Positions 1 to 9,544 of a stretch of 64,000 nucleotides of DNA are shown in pieces. The translations under genes were made by a program, and so were the position numbers. The notes beneath the pieces were generated by a model, which saw only the letters and a program-made list of their open reading frames with translations, made no database searches and was not told the origin of the DNA. Position 1 is the stretch's first letter. Every line of letters begins with the position of its first letter. The DNA comes from a virus. Its lineage: Duplodnaviria > Caudoviricetes. The stretch is taken from positions 1 to 64,000 of IMG/VR virus record IMGVR_UViG_2928826531_000001; one strand, written 5' to 3'.

Positions 1-40
1 TCACGCGATCCGAACACTGGAATGCTCTTGGGTGCGCTCC

Positions 41-586
41 ATGAAAACAGAATGTGAACAGAACGAACGCGATTTGCTCGATCCGGTGCTGCAGATCAAA
101 GCCGCGGTGCGTCGCTTGGTGAAGCTCGCCGGCGGCATCGAGGCGGCGGCCGCCGAGGTGGGGGTCAGCAAGTCAGCGATCAGCAACTACGCGAACCCGC
201 ACATGGCGGATCAGGCGCGGGTGGATGTGATCTTCGCGCTGGAGCAGGCCATTGGCGATCCGGTGGTCGTGCGCCAGCTGGCGGCGATGCACGGCTACGA
301 CCTGGTGCCGGTGACGGTATCCGAAGAGGCCGATGCCGACATGGACGCTCCGCTTCCGGAGAGCATGGACGTCACCTACCGGGCGGCGGAGATCGGGCAT
401 GTCCTCGCCGATGCGGTCAGCCGCGGCGTGATGACGGACGAAACTGCCGTGAAGCTGGAGGAACGGTGCGAGCGCCTGGTAACGCGGGCCATCAAACTCC
501 GCGAAGGAGTCGTGCGCGTCCGCTCCTGGGTGAAGAAGCACCGCAAGCCGTGGCCGCTGCGCAAACGCCCGTCGGAGGGTGTGTGA
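41..586 (+). CDS. CII-like phage regulatory protein (HTH)
   Basis: AVRRLVKLAGGIEAAAAEVGVSKSAISNY...VDVIFALE...VVRQLAAMHGYDLVP pattern; first gene of a translationally coupled operon. ATG 41 preferred over GTG 32. Confidence 0.7.
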   Translation: MKTECEQNERDLLDPVLQIKAAVRRLVKLAGGIEAAAAEVGVSKSAISNYANPHMADQARVDVIFALEQAIGDPVVVRQLAAMHGYDLVPVTVSEEADADMDAPLPESMDVTYRAAEIGHVLADAVSRGVMTDETAVKLEERCERLVTRAIKLREGVVRVRSWVKKHRKPWPLRKRPSEGV

Positions 587-828
587 TGCACGCTGTTCAC
601 GACGGCACCAACGAGACGGCGTCGCTCGGGGCGCCTTCGCCCGGGAAGGACCGGAGCGCTGTGCCAACCGTCATCGCGTCGAAGATTCAGACCAATCGGA
701 CCACCCCACCCCCATTCCTTGGTGCGGCCAAAGGCTCCGGCCATGCCGTGATGCTGGCGCTGCACCTCTCGGACCGCTCGGCAGGCAACGCGATCGCCGC
801 CGAAACCAACCCGGAGTTCCTGCCGTGA
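586..828 (+). CDS. hypothetical protein
   Basis: TGATG overlap with the upstream stop and GTGA overlap with the downstream start. Confidence 0.5.
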   Translation: MHAVHDGTNETASLGAPSPGKDRSAVPTVIASKIQTNRTTPPPFLGAAKGSGHAVMLALHLSDRSAGNAIAAETNPEFLP

Positions 829-1373
829 AGGCGAAGAAGAAGTGCTGGAGCATCAGCAAACGGAAGTTCCTGGAGCATCGTGCCGCCGGCCTGTCCGACA
901 AAGCGATCGCGGCGCTGTACCACGTCAGCGCCAACACGGTCGCGCGCGTGCGTGACAAGCACGGCATTCCGGTCTTCGCGGCCCAAGTGGGGCAGGTGCG
1001 CGACGAGGAGATCCGCCGTTGGCATGCTCTGGGGATGACCGACAGCGAGATGGCCATCCGCGTCCAGCTGAGCAAGACGCAGATCAACGTGCATCGTAAC
1101 CGGCTCGGTTTGTCGCCCAACCTGTCGGAGCGCGACAAGGCCGCGGCCGCGGTGCGCGCTGCCCGGGAGGAAGCCGCCGCTGATGGTTGGCCGCGTGTTG
1201 AGGGCGACTTTCTGGAGGCCTGGGCGAGGGTCCATGGAGACGCCAAGTGGGAGGATGTCACCATCAGGGTGACCGCCCACCGCCGTCTCCCGCCGCGCCC
1301 TCTCTTCGCCGGGGGCCTGGGCACGGCCGCGGCCATGTGCGCCGACCTCGGCGAGCGTGTGGGGATCCGCTGA
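825..1373 (+). CDS. protein with two HTH-like repeats
   Basis: GLSDKAIAALYHVSANTVARVR and GMTDSEMAIRVQLSKTQINVHRNRLGL; GTGA-coupled start. Confidence 0.65.
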   Translation: MKAKKKCWSISKRKFLEHRAAGLSDKAIAALYHVSANTVARVRDKHGIPVFAAQVGQVRDEEIRRWHALGMTDSEMAIRVQLSKTQINVHRNRLGLSPNLSERDKAAAAVRAAREEAAADGWPRVEGDFLEAWARVHGDAKWEDVTIRVTAHRRLPPRPLFAGGLGTAAAMCADLGERVGIR

Positions 1374-1630
1374 TGTCCGCCCAGCCTCGCAACGCGTCCA
1401 ACGGCTCGATCTGGAGCAAGCAAATCGGCGAGACCTTCCGCTTCGAGCGGGTGCGCCACGACTACGACGATCGCGCGGTGCCGGCCGACATGCTGGAGCA
1501 GATCACCGCCGCCGTGGCGGCCAAAAAGGTGACTGTCTGCCCACCGGCCGCATACGCGTCGCAGTTCGGGCAGACGATCTCCTCGACGCATGGCACCGGC
1601 GGGCGCTCCTGGCGCCGGGCTGGCCGCTGA
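1373..1630 (+). CDS. hypothetical protein
   Basis: TGATG coupling at both ends. Confidence 0.6.
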   Translation: MSAQPRNASNGSIWSKQIGETFRFERVRHDYDDRAVPADMLEQITAAVAAKKVTVCPPAAYASQFGQTISSTHGTGGRSWRRAGR

Positions 1631-2106
1631 TGTCGCGCCGCGCCATCCCCCTCGCGTCGCTCGGCCCCGGCGCGCTCCGTCAGGTGAGCGCGTTCCTCAC
1701 GGCCGAGCGCGTGCAGAGCGAGATGCGTGCGGCGCCCAAGCAGCGTCCGGAGGAGCAGTTCCACATCGGTGTGGCCAATCACCTGGAGATCGTCCTGCCG
1801 GTGGACGCCTGGTTTTGCCATGTGCCCAACGGCGGCAAGCGTTCCAAGGCCGAGGCCGCGCGCCTGAAGGCGATGGGCACCAAGGCTGGGACGCCGGACA
1901 TCGAGATCGTCTACCAGGGCCGGTCCTATTGGATCGAGCTGAAGTCGGCCAGTGGATCGCTCTCCAAGGCCCAGAAGGATTGTCATGCGGATCTTCGCCG
2001 CGCCGGTGCGCCGGTGGCGACGGCCCGCACCCTCGAAGAAGTTGAAACGGCCTTGCGCGGGTGGGGAATCCCGCTGCGGGGCTCTGTGCAAGGAGTCGCA
2101 GCATGA
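1630..2106 (+). CDS. VRR-NUC domain nuclease (resolvase-like)
   Basis: HVPNGGKR...[12 protein letters not shown]...IELK...LSKAQ (PD-(D/E)xK VRR-NUC signature). Confidence 0.9.
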   Translation: MSRRAIPLASLGPGALRQVSAFLTAERVQSEMRAAPKQRPEEQFHIGVANHLEIVLPVDAWFCHVPNGGKRSKAEAARLKAMGTKAGTPDIEIVYQGRSYWIELKSASGSLSKAQKDCHADLRRAGAPVATARTLEEVETALRGWGIPLRGSVQGVAA

Positions 2107-2390
2107 GCGCGCCCATTGGTCACAACTCCGGGGCCAACGACCGCACCGACGTTGGCGGAATCGCGATCGAACGCCTGAAGGCGTTCGTCGAGCGCATTGA
2201 GCGCTTGGAGGAGGAAAAGCGCGGCCTGCAGGAGGACGTTAAGGAGGTCTACGCCGAGGCCAAGGGCACCGGCTTTGACACCAAGATCATCCGCCAGATC
2301 ATCCGACTGCGCAAAATGGACAAGGCGGACCGGCAGGAGCAGGAAGCGATCCTCGAGCTCTACAAAGAAGCCCTGGGGATGCTGGAGTAA
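2103..2390 (+). CDS. gapR: GapR/DUF2312 nucleoid-associated DNA-binding protein
   Basis: [16 protein letters not shown]...[27 protein letters not shown]...[13 protein letters not shown]. Confidence 0.93.
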   Translation: MSAPIGHNSGANDRTDVGGIAIERLKAFVERIERLEEEKRGLQEDVKEVYAEAKGTGFDTKIIRQIIRLRKMDKADRQEQEAILELYKEALGMLE

Positions 2391-2393
2391 GCC

Positions 2394-2666
2394 ATGTCCG
2401 CTGCCAGCGACTATCTCGCCACCGTCAACGCGCTGGTCAAGGCCCGCAAACAGCGGGGCATGACGCAGACGGACCTTGCGCTGATTCTGAAGACGCAGCG
2501 CCAGACCGTCAGCGCGTGGGAGAGCGGCCAGAACTTCCCGCCCAGCGACAAACTGTTCGCCTGGGCTGGCGCGCTCAGGGTTCGCATCCTGCCGCCGGAG
2601 CTTCCGGACGCCCCTGCCAATGCCACGCAAAATGGCGCAACACCCGACGAACGGAGGGCCGCGTGA
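2394..2666 (+). CDS. XRE-family HTH protein
   Basis: ARKQRGMTQTDLALILKTQRQTVSAWESGQNFP. Confidence 0.85.
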   Translation: MSAASDYLATVNALVKARKQRGMTQTDLALILKTQRQTVSAWESGQNFPPSDKLFAWAGALRVRILPPELPDAPANATQNGATPDERRAA

Positions 2667-2896
2667 GCGACTCCAAAATCGTGCACTTCCAGCCTCGGCC
2701 TAAGCCAGAGGAAAAACCGAAGGCGGCTACGCCGGCGCGGCGGGCTTTTGTGCTCGCGGCCAAGCTGTTTGCGATCGCCGAGGACCTGCCCGAGCCGCAA
2801 CGATCCAAGGCCCGCAATCTTGCGCACGAGGCGGAGGCCCTGTCGTACAACATCGCTGCCCAGCCAACGGGCCCGAAGGACGGGGGTGTGGCATGA
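2663..2896 (+). CDS. hypothetical protein
   Basis: GGAGG RBS followed by a GTGA overlap; ATGA coupling downstream. Confidence 0.6.
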   Translation: MSDSKIVHFQPRPKPEEKPKAATPARRAFVLAAKLFAIAEDLPEPQRSKARNLAHEAEALSYNIAAQPTGPKDGGVA

Positions 2897-3492
2897 AGAC
2901 CCGCAACGCGCCGGTCCCGATCGCGTATCAGGTCCCGGCCTTCGTTCGCCTCTCGCCGGAATTCACGCTGCGCGTCGAACGATCCATCCCGGCCTGCATC
3001 CTGAACAGCGTCGTCCGCACGATCCTGGAGTTCGGGAACCCCACCCCCCGTCAGCGGGCGTTCTATTCCGGCGTCCTGACAGATCTCAAAATCGCTTTCG
3101 ATGAGCCATTCGTGGGCTTCTCCCGCCCGATCCGCGAACGGCTGGCCGAAGTGGCTGATGTCGCCGGCCGCCACGCCTTCGCCCGGAACAGTGTCAGCAA
3201 GGCGCCGCTCCCGATTGTCCTCGGCTGCTTCTACTGGCTGGCCCCGATCGTCCAGGATCCGCAATACCGGCGCGCGATCATGACCGCGGCGTTCCTGCGC
3301 GCCTTCGAAGCGCTGGATGAAGAGATCGCGGCCGGCGCTGCCCGCGAGGACGCGGCCGACGACTTTGCCGCCTGTGCCGAGCAAGGCGGGTGGATCGCCG
3401 GCATCATCCGGACGCGCCTTGAGGCCGCTGGCCTGTTCCTCAGTGCTCCGACCGAGTTACCGGCCGAGAGCGATGACCGGAGGGCCGCGTGA
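2893..3492 (+). CDS. hypothetical protein
   Basis: 199-aa ORF coupled at both ends. Confidence 0.65.
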   Translation: MKTRNAPVPIAYQVPAFVRLSPEFTLRVERSIPACILNSVVRTILEFGNPTPRQRAFYSGVLTDLKIAFDEPFVGFSRPIRERLAEVADVAGRHAFARNSVSKAPLPIVLGCFYWLAPIVQDPQYRRAIMTAAFLRAFEALDEEIAAGAAREDAADDFAACAEQGGWIAGIIRTRLEAAGLFLSAPTELPAESDDRRAA

Positions 3493-4115
3493 TGGAATGG
3501 CCCTTCGGCAATCTTCGGCCGCTGATCTATGGGCTCATTTACGTCGACCCGCCTTGGAAGCAGGCCATGTACTCGGAGATCTCCGGCATCGCGAAAGCGC
3601 CGCAGTCCAAATATTCCTGCATGGAATTGGACGCCATCAAGGCGCTCCCGGTTGGGCACCTGGCCGCGCCAAACTGCTTCATCGTCATGTGGTCGCTGTG
3701 GAACTTCGTCGCTCCGGGCTACGCCACGGACGTCCTGAAGGCCTGGGGCTTCGAGCCCAAGAGCGGCGGCTCTTGGGCCAAGATCACCAAGAAAGGCAAG
3801 CAGGCCTTCGGCACCGGCTACGGCTTCCGCGGCTGCTGCGAGCCCTTCCTTACGGGCGCGATCGGGCGGCCGAAAGTCCGGAGCAAGTCCGAGCGCAACG
3901 GCATCATCACCGAGATTGAGGTGGATGCCGAGCTTGAGATGAATGCCCTCCTGGCGGAGATCAGGGAGCATTCCCGCAAGCCTGAGGAGATGCGGGACGC
4001 GCTGGAGTGCATGTTCCCCGATGTCCCAAAGGTCGAACTCTTCTCCCGCCGACCGGCCTGCGAGCGCTGGGACGTGTGGGGCAACGAGACCGCCAAGTTC
4101 GCGGAGGCCGCGTGA
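3492..4115 (+). CDS. MT-A70 family adenine methyltransferase #1
   Basis: YVDPPW, Y.CM....I.ALPV..LA, AWGF, GTGY.FR...E, REHSRKPEE, VELFSR, WDVWGNE. Confidence 0.93.
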   Translation: MEWPFGNLRPLIYGLIYVDPPWKQAMYSEISGIAKAPQSKYSCMELDAIKALPVGHLAAPNCFIVMWSLWNFVAPGYATDVLKAWGFEPKSGGSWAKITKKGKQAFGTGYGFRGCCEPFLTGAIGRPKVRSKSERNGIITEIEVDAELEMNALLAEIREHSRKPEEMRDALECMFPDVPKVELFSRRPACERWDVWGNETAKFAEAA

Positions 4116-4729
4116 TGTTCGACCTTCGCGCTCTTGCCGGCGGGCGCAAGTTCTCGACCGTGCTAGCCGATCCGCCGTGGCAGTTTGATAACGCCACGGG
4201 GAAGGTGGCGCCAGAGCATGGGCGTCTGCATCGCTATGAGACGATGCGGCTTCCGGCGATCTGCGCGCTGCCGGTCGCGGACGTCGTGGCGCCGACCGCG
4301 CATCTGTACCTGTGGGTGCCGAATGCGCTGCTTGCCGAAGGCCTCCAGGTCATGCAGTCCTGGGGCTTCACCTATAAGACCAACCTCGTCTGGCACAAGG
4401 TGCGCAAGGATGGCGGCTCGGACGGGCGCGGGGTGGGCTTCTACTTCCGCAACGTGACGGAGCTGATCCTGTTCGGCGTGCGCGGCAAGAACGCCCGCAC
4501 GTTGGCCCCCGGGCGGCGGCAGGTCAACTTCTTGGCCACCCGCAAGCGGGAGCACTCCCGCAAGCCGGATGAGCAGTACGACCTGATCGAGTCGTGCAGC
4601 CCCGGGCCCTTCCTGGAGATGTTCTGCCGCGGCGAGGGACGCCCTGGCTGGTCGGTCTGGGGCAATGAGGCTGTGCAGGCACCGGAGGCTTCCCAGAGCG
4701 CATCGGACGCCCTGCTAGAGGCCGCCTGA
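4115..4729 (+). CDS. MT-A70 family adenine methyltransferase #2
   Basis: LADPPW, HLYLWVPNALL, SWGF.YK, DGRGVGFYFRNVTE, REHSRKPDE, WGNE; TGATG-coupled to #1. Confidence 0.95.
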   Translation: MFDLRALAGGRKFSTVLADPPWQFDNATGKVAPEHGRLHRYETMRLPAICALPVADVVAPTAHLYLWVPNALLAEGLQVMQSWGFTYKTNLVWHKVRKDGGSDGRGVGFYFRNVTELILFGVRGKNARTLAPGRRQVNFLATRKREHSRKPDEQYDLIESCSPGPFLEMFCRGEGRPGWSVWGNEAVQAPEASQSASDALLEAA

Positions 4730-4731
4730 CC

Positions 4732-4920
4732 ATGCGCAGCGACAACCCCCACGACATCGCCGTGGAGCACTGCCTGACGGCCAAGCTCGCCGGCAAGAAG
4801 CCCTGTGACGTGCTGGCTGCCATCGGCGCGCCGCACCACCCCCAAACCACTTGGCAGTGCGCAATTGCCCTCGTGGCTCGCGCTTACGCCAAGCTCACCA
4901 AATCCCAGAGGACCGCATGA
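4732..4920 (+). CDS. hypothetical protein
   Basis: Small ORF filling the gap; ATGA-coupled to the next gene. Confidence 0.55.
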   Translation: MRSDNPHDIAVEHCLTAKLAGKKPCDVLAAIGAPHHPQTTWQCAIALVARAYAKLTKSQRTA

Positions 4921-6053
4921 TGACGGACTCTCTTCCTGCCCCCTTGGTTCCCGCGGACGTCGACCTGAAGGATTTCCCCTTCACTCCGATGTTTCGCGCG
5001 CGCTTGTTCGGTTCCTCGTTCCACGCCCGCGCCTCCGATGCCGAATGGCGCGCCGGTGTGACGCTGTGGCTGAAATCCTGGGATCAGGTTCCCGCCGGGA
5101 CGCTACCCAGTGATGACGTCGAGCTGTGCCGCCTAGCCGAGCTGGGCCGCGACATGAAGACGTGGATCAAGATCAAGGCTCTGGCGCTGCACGGTTGGTT
5201 CCTGTGCTCCGACGGCCGCCTGCATCATAAGGTGGTCGCTGACGGCGTCATGGAGGCCTGGAACCGCAAGATCGAGCAGCGGTGGCGCTCCGAGTGCGCG
5301 CGCATCAAAAAGGGTAACCAGCGGCACAAGACGAACCACCCGATTCCGACGCTCGACGAGTACATTGCGACGAAGGGTTACCTGAAGCGCCATGCCCCAG
5401 GTCCGTCCCCTGTCCCCGAGGACGATGAGGAGTTGTCCCCAGGGACAAGTGGCGATTGTCCCGAGGACGTCCCCGAGGAAACGGCATCCAAGGGACAGGG
5501 ACAGGGACAGAGAGAGAAATCTAACAACAGTCACTTCGTTCCTGTTGTTGGCGCGGCGAGCGCCGCGAACAACACCGAGCCGGATGATTTGATCGCGGAA
5601 TTCGACGCAGCCATTGTCGCCATGTGGGGGAAAGCCGCCAAGCGCCGCAAGCCGCACGCCACGGACCACGCCACGGCCCAGGAGTGGGCCGAAGGTGGCA
5701 TAACGGCGACGTTTGCCGGCCAGGTGCTGCGCGAGCGGTTCGGCAAGATGCGCGACCGCGGCGCCCGCCCTCCGTTCAGCCTCTCGGGGTTCTCCGACGA
5801 GATGATTCGGGCCACGGCTGCCCAGCAGACGGAGCCGTCAGCGCCATCTGCTGGGGAGAGTGTGGAGCGCGGCCAGTGGCGCAACCGACTGACCGGCTAC
5901 CGCAGCGGCATTCCGTGGTCGGCATCGTTCGGTCCGAAGCCGGGTGAGGCGAATTGCGAGGCGCCGCCAGATTTGGTTGCCGAGATCCTGCCGCACCTCG
6001 CCCCAACCGCTGAGATCGTCTGTTTAACGACTGCCCGGAGGGCTGCACTGTGA
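4917..6053 (+). CDS. DUF1376/YdaU-family phage replication initiator
   Basis: PLVPADVDLKDFPF.P...LW.KSW.QVPAGTLPSDD.EL.RLA...ALHGW..CSDGRL.H; internal iterons. Confidence 0.88.
   Translation: MMTDSLPAPLVPADVDLKDFPFTPMFRARLFGSSFHARASDAEWRAGVTLWLKSWDQVPAGTLPSDDVELCRLAELGRDMKTWIKIKALALHGWFLCSDGRLHHKVVADGVMEAWNRKIEQRWRSECARIKKGNQRHKTNHPIPTLDEYIATKGYLKRHAPGPSPVPEDDEELSPGTSGDCPEDVPEETASKGQGQGQREKSNNSHFVPVVGAASAANNTEPDDLIAEFDAAIVAMWGKAAKRRKPHATDHATAQEWAEGGITATFAGQVLRERFGKMRDRGARPPFSLSGFSDEMIRATAAQQTEPSAPSAGESVERGQWRNRLTGYRSGIPWSASFGPKPGEANCEAPPDLVAEILPHLAPTAEIVCLTTARRAAL
5405..5512. repeat. replication-origin iterons inside the initiator gene
   Basis: GTCCCCGAGGAC (5412), TTGTCCCCAGGGACAA (5433), TTGTCCCGAGGAC (5456), GTCCCCGAGGAA (5469), then AGGGAC x3 (5491-5508). 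Confidence 0.75.
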
Positions 6054-6319
6054 CCGCCGCCACCAAAGCCGAGCGCCTGCGCTGCTGGACCGATCCGGCC
6101 AAATGTGCGCCGGAGAACCTCCCGCCCCGTGTGCAGCCTGACTGCGACTGGAACATCGACCTCGGAGCCTCCTGCCGCGCCTATGGGCCGGACATGCGTC
6201 CGCCGTGTGACTTCCCGCCGGAATGCGAGGGGTGCGCTCGCAAGCTCCGGGCCGAGGGGATTCGGGGCGGCACAATTACGCCATACCAGCACCGCGTTGG
6301 CCGGAGGGCTGCGGCATGA
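6050..6319 (+). CDS. Cys-rich hypothetical protein
   Basis: Coupled at both ends; 8 Cys. Confidence 0.55.
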   Translation: MTAATKAERLRCWTDPAKCAPENLPPRVQPDCDWNIDLGASCRAYGPDMRPPCDFPPECEGCARKLRAEGIRGGTITPYQHRVGRRAAA

Positions 6320-6582
6320 CTGTGTACGTTGACAAGCCGCTCCACAAGCTGGGCCGGATGACCATGTGCCACATGCTGGCGGACACGCTGGACGAGCTGC
6401 ACGCGATGGCGGAGCGCATCGGCTGCAGACGCGAGTGGTTCCAGGCAGACGCATCAACCCCGCACTACGACCTGCCGAAGTTCCGTCGCGAGATGGCGCT
6501 GAAGGCCGGTGCCGTCGAGATCGATCGTCGGGAGACGGTGTCGGTGATCCGCCGTCTGCGATCCCGGGGTGTGCGCGCATGA
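6316..6582 (+). CDS. DUF4031 domain protein
   Basis: MTVYVD...[25 protein letters not shown]...HYDL...R..AL.AGA. Confidence 0.9.
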   Translation: MTVYVDKPLHKLGRMTMCHMLADTLDELHAMAERIGCRREWFQADASTPHYDLPKFRREMALKAGAVEIDRRETVSVIRRLRSRGVRA

Positions 6583-6800
6583 CCGCCGCTCGTCGGATCC
6601 GCACCTCCCTGGAGCGTCACCAGCCTCGTCCACCAGCCAATGCCGACGACCTTCACCGGATGGGGGCTGCGGCATGGCATCAGGGGCGCGGCCTGTGGAT
6701 CCCGGAGCGCACGCTGGCCGCAATGGACGACATCGGTCGCGCTTTCGTCGAGCAGGTTGGCGGAAAGCTGTACGGAAAGCGGGTCGGGTTGGTGAAGTAA
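6579..6800 (+). CDS. hypothetical protein
   Basis: ATGA coupling; last gene of the coupled run. Confidence 0.6.
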   Translation: MTAARRIRTSLERHQPRPPANADDLHRMGAAAWHQGRGLWIPERTLAAMDDIGRAFVEQVGGKLYGKRVGLVK

Positions 6801-6820
6801 TAAGCGGGTTTCGATCGTGC

Positions 6821-6839
6821 GCGCCATTTAAAATGGCGC
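6821..6839. promoter_or_regulatory. perfect palindrome, putative operator
   Basis: GCGCCATTT-A-AAATGGCGC in an intergenic gap. Confidence 0.5.
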
Positions 6840-6994
6840 AGCTGTGAATAGTGATCGCGGGATTCGCCCTAACGGTGTGGCAATTCGTTTTGACGGCCTT
6901 TTCACCATGATACCGTGGGGCACAAACAAATCGGGCCGGGGAGTGCGGGAACACTCCTCCAGCCCTGACCACCACCGAACGTAAGGGGTTCGAT

Positions 6995-7678
6995 ATGGCT
7001 GAAGCGACTTTGGCCCAAAGCAGAGACGCGGTGCAAGGGGGTGTGGCGCGCCGCGCCGCCCGTGACCTCCCCATCATCTTCAGCGCGCCGATGGTGCGCG
7101 CCCTGCTGGACGGCCGGAAGACACAGACGCGCCGCATCCTCAAGCCACAGCCGGAAACGTTCCTCGACGAGCACGGCGAGGCGCTTCCGATTGGCCTGCT
7201 GCATGTCGAGGGCGATCCGCGACCGCGCGTCACCATTGGCCGCGTTGTCACCCTGCAGGAGGTCCGGTACGCGGTTGGCGACCGGCTGTGGGTGCGGGAG
7301 GCCTGGGCCAACATCGCCCCTGGCATCTATTACCGCGCCACCGACGAGCGCGCGGCGCCGGCCGGCACGAAGTGGCGCCCCTCCATCCACATGCCCCGCT
7401 GGGCCAGCCGGATCACGCTGGTGGTCGAGGGGGTGCGGGTCCAGCAGCTGCAGGACATCAGCCCGGACGACGCGCAGGCGGAAGGCGTTCAGAAGTGCCA
7501 TCTGAACTGGAGCGCAGACGGCGAGACCTTTGGAGGCACGCCGCGCGATGCGTTCAGCGCCCTGTGGGACTCGATCAACGGCCCCAGCGCCTGGGATGCC
7601 AACCCGGCCATCGTCGCCCTGACCTTCCGCGTCATCCGTACCAACATCGACTCCCTTTGCACGCAGGAGGCCGCGTAA
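6995..7678 (+). CDS. conserved phage protein (ASCH/PUA-like)
   Basis: PIIFSAPMVRALLDGRKTQTRR...GDRLWVRE...WRPSIHMPRWASRITL...LQDIS..DA.AEG...W..NP. Confidence 0.85.
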   Translation: MAEATLAQSRDAVQGGVARRAARDLPIIFSAPMVRALLDGRKTQTRRILKPQPETFLDEHGEALPIGLLHVEGDPRPRVTIGRVVTLQEVRYAVGDRLWVREAWANIAPGIYYRATDERAAPAGTKWRPSIHMPRWASRITLVVEGVRVQQLQDISPDDAQAEGVQKCHLNWSADGETFGGTPRDAFSALWDSINGPSAWDANPAIVALTFRVIRTNIDSLCTQEAA

Positions 7679-8007
7679 TGGACGACGAAATCCAACAGCA
7701 GAAACGCGTCGCATGGGTCGAGCGCGAATGGCTCTGGTATGTGGTGAACTACCAGCATGTCCCCGGGGCGATCGTCTCGACCGTCAACGCTCGGTTCTGG
7801 ACGCGCCGCGGAGCGCAGGTGGTTGCCGATGTTTTGTGCGGCGCCCATGCGGACGGGTGGGACGTCGGCATTGAGGCCGGCGCAACGAGGTATGATGCGC
7901 TGGTCAGGGAAATGGGCGACGACGGACGGATGTACCGCGGCATCATCGCCGACCTGAAGCGGCGCCTGGCTGTCTCTGGCGATGCTCCGGGGGTGTCCCA
8001 TGGTTGA
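7678..8007 (+). CDS. hypothetical protein
   Basis: GGAGG RBS and TAATG coupling. Confidence 0.6.
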   Translation: MDDEIQQQKRVAWVEREWLWYVVNYQHVPGAIVSTVNARFWTRRGAQVVADVLCGAHADGWDVGIEAGATRYDALVREMGDDGRMYRGIIADLKRRLAVSGDAPGVSHG

Positions 8008-8755
8008 CGCGATCCTGACCGCCGAGGACCTGGATGCGATTGAAGCGCGGCATGCCGCTGCCACCGGTGGCGCGTGGATGGGCGGCCCTGAGGCGGAGGC
8101 CGCCGGGCATTGGTATCCGGACTGGGGGCTTGTCTGGGCGCACACGCCGAGCGCGGAACGGCCTTTCACCTTGGTGGTGGACTGCTGCCATGGCGGGGTG
8201 GCGAGCGAGGAAGAGAAATCCGAATGCCGAGCGAAGAGCATCGATCTGTGGCGGTCCGGCGCTGGAGGCGACTGGGTCGAGCCGGCCCAGGTCGCCGCGA
8301 ACCGGGCGTTCATCGAGGCCGCGCACAACACCGATGTTCCTCGCCTCATCGCAACAGTGCGCGCCCTGCTCGCCGCGAATGAGCGCGCCAAAAGGCTGCT
8401 GACCGCGGATCTGTCGGTGTTGCGCATGGGGCCGGCTGACCACGGCTTCACGCTGGACACCGCCGGCCGAATGGTTGCGGTCATCGCCGGAGAGCTGGCG
8501 ACGTGGCTCCGTGAGCATCACGCCGCGAACTACACCGAAACGGCTTTAGAGCAGATCGAGGTGAGCGGTGGCGCCTCCCGCTACATCGTGACTGTGCAGC
8601 GCGGCGATGGAAAGTCGCCGCACCAGCTGCGCAGAGAAGCCGAGGGCGAGCGTGATGAGGCCCGGGCTGAGGTCGCTCGTCTCGAGGCGGATCTCGCGGA
8701 AATGGAGCGCCGGGACGCCGCACAGCACTCGGCGAATGATGGGCGGGAGGGATGA
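8000..8755 (+). CDS. Ead/Ea22-like phage protein
   Basis: LDAIEAR.AAATGG.W ... ANRAFIEAA..DVP.LIA.VR.L motif, C-terminal coiled coil. Confidence 0.6.
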   Translation: MVDAILTAEDLDAIEARHAAATGGAWMGGPEAEAAGHWYPDWGLVWAHTPSAERPFTLVVDCCHGGVASEEEKSECRAKSIDLWRSGAGGDWVEPAQVAANRAFIEAAHNTDVPRLIATVRALLAANERAKRLLTADLSVLRMGPADHGFTLDTAGRMVAVIAGELATWLREHHAANYTETALEQIEVSGGASRYIVTVQRGDGKSPHQLRREAEGERDEARAEVARLEADLAEMERRDAAQHSANDGREG

Positions 8756-9402
8756 TCGCGATGGCGCGGACGGGGACTCAGGTGCGCATCGACCGGCTTC
8801 TTGAACGGGTGGGGATCACCCGCTTCGTCCGGATGGTGGATGCGAAGCCGATCACATACCGCCGCGCCACATGCACCGCATCCGGTGCGCATGAGGATCT
8901 CCGATTCCCGTCTGATGCCGCGCCGGAGATGGTGATCAAGGCATTTGAGCAGAAGGGCTGGGAGATATCGCAGCGGACCAAGTGCCCAGCCTGCGCAAAG
9001 CCCAAGCGAGCGTCGCGCGCCGAATCGCACCCAGAACAGAACGTCGTCACCTTGCGTCAGGAGCCGGAAAACATGAAGCAGAACACCGCCCAGAAGCCTG
9101 CAGAGGCCGTCCGCGAGCCCACACTGGATGAGGCTGCTGCGATCGTAAAGAAGCTGGACGAGTGCTTTGAGGATGGCCGTTATCTCGATGGCGGGTCGGA
9201 CCGCAAAGTCGGGGAGACGCTTGGCCTGCCGTGGGCGCTGGTCGCGAAGGTCCGTGAGAAGTTCCGCGGTCCGATCAAGGAGGACCCGGCGGTTGTCTCG
9301 CTCCGCGCCGACATTGATCGCGTTGAGGCGACCGTGAAGGAGCTGCTGAAGGAGGAGATGAAGGGGTTGCGCGAGCGCTTGGCGAAGCTGGAAGCGGCCT
9401 GA
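8752..9402 (+). CDS. hypothetical protein (CxxC; C-terminal HTH-like)
   Basis: KCPAC; YLDG.SDRKVGETLGLPWALVAKVRE..G pattern; coupled start. Confidence 0.7.
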   Translation: MIAMARTGTQVRIDRLLERVGITRFVRMVDAKPITYRRATCTASGAHEDLRFPSDAAPEMVIKAFEQKGWEISQRTKCPACAKPKRASRAESHPEQNVVTLRQEPENMKQNTAQKPAEAVREPTLDEAAAIVKKLDECFEDGRYLDGGSDRKVGETLGLPWALVAKVREKFRGPIKEDPAVVSLRADIDRVEATVKELLKEEMKGLRERLAKLEAA

Positions 9403-9409
9403 GGATGCC

Positions 9410-9544
9410 ATGGAATGGACGGTGTGGTTGATCGTGGGGCCGCTGTTGGCGTTCTACGGCGTAGCGGTGCTGTCGGAGACCCTGCCGAGAGGCGGCAAGC
9501 TGCCAGCGAACTGCGCGCCGCCGCGGCCGCGCAACCGGTCGTGA
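9410..9544 (+). CDS. small membrane protein (44 aa, not in the ORF track)
   Basis: GAGGA RBS; MEWTVWLIVGPLLAFYGVAVLSE; GTGA-coupled to the next gene. Confidence 0.55.
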   Translation: MEWTVWLIVGPLLAFYGVAVLSETLPRGGKLPANCAPPRPRNRS

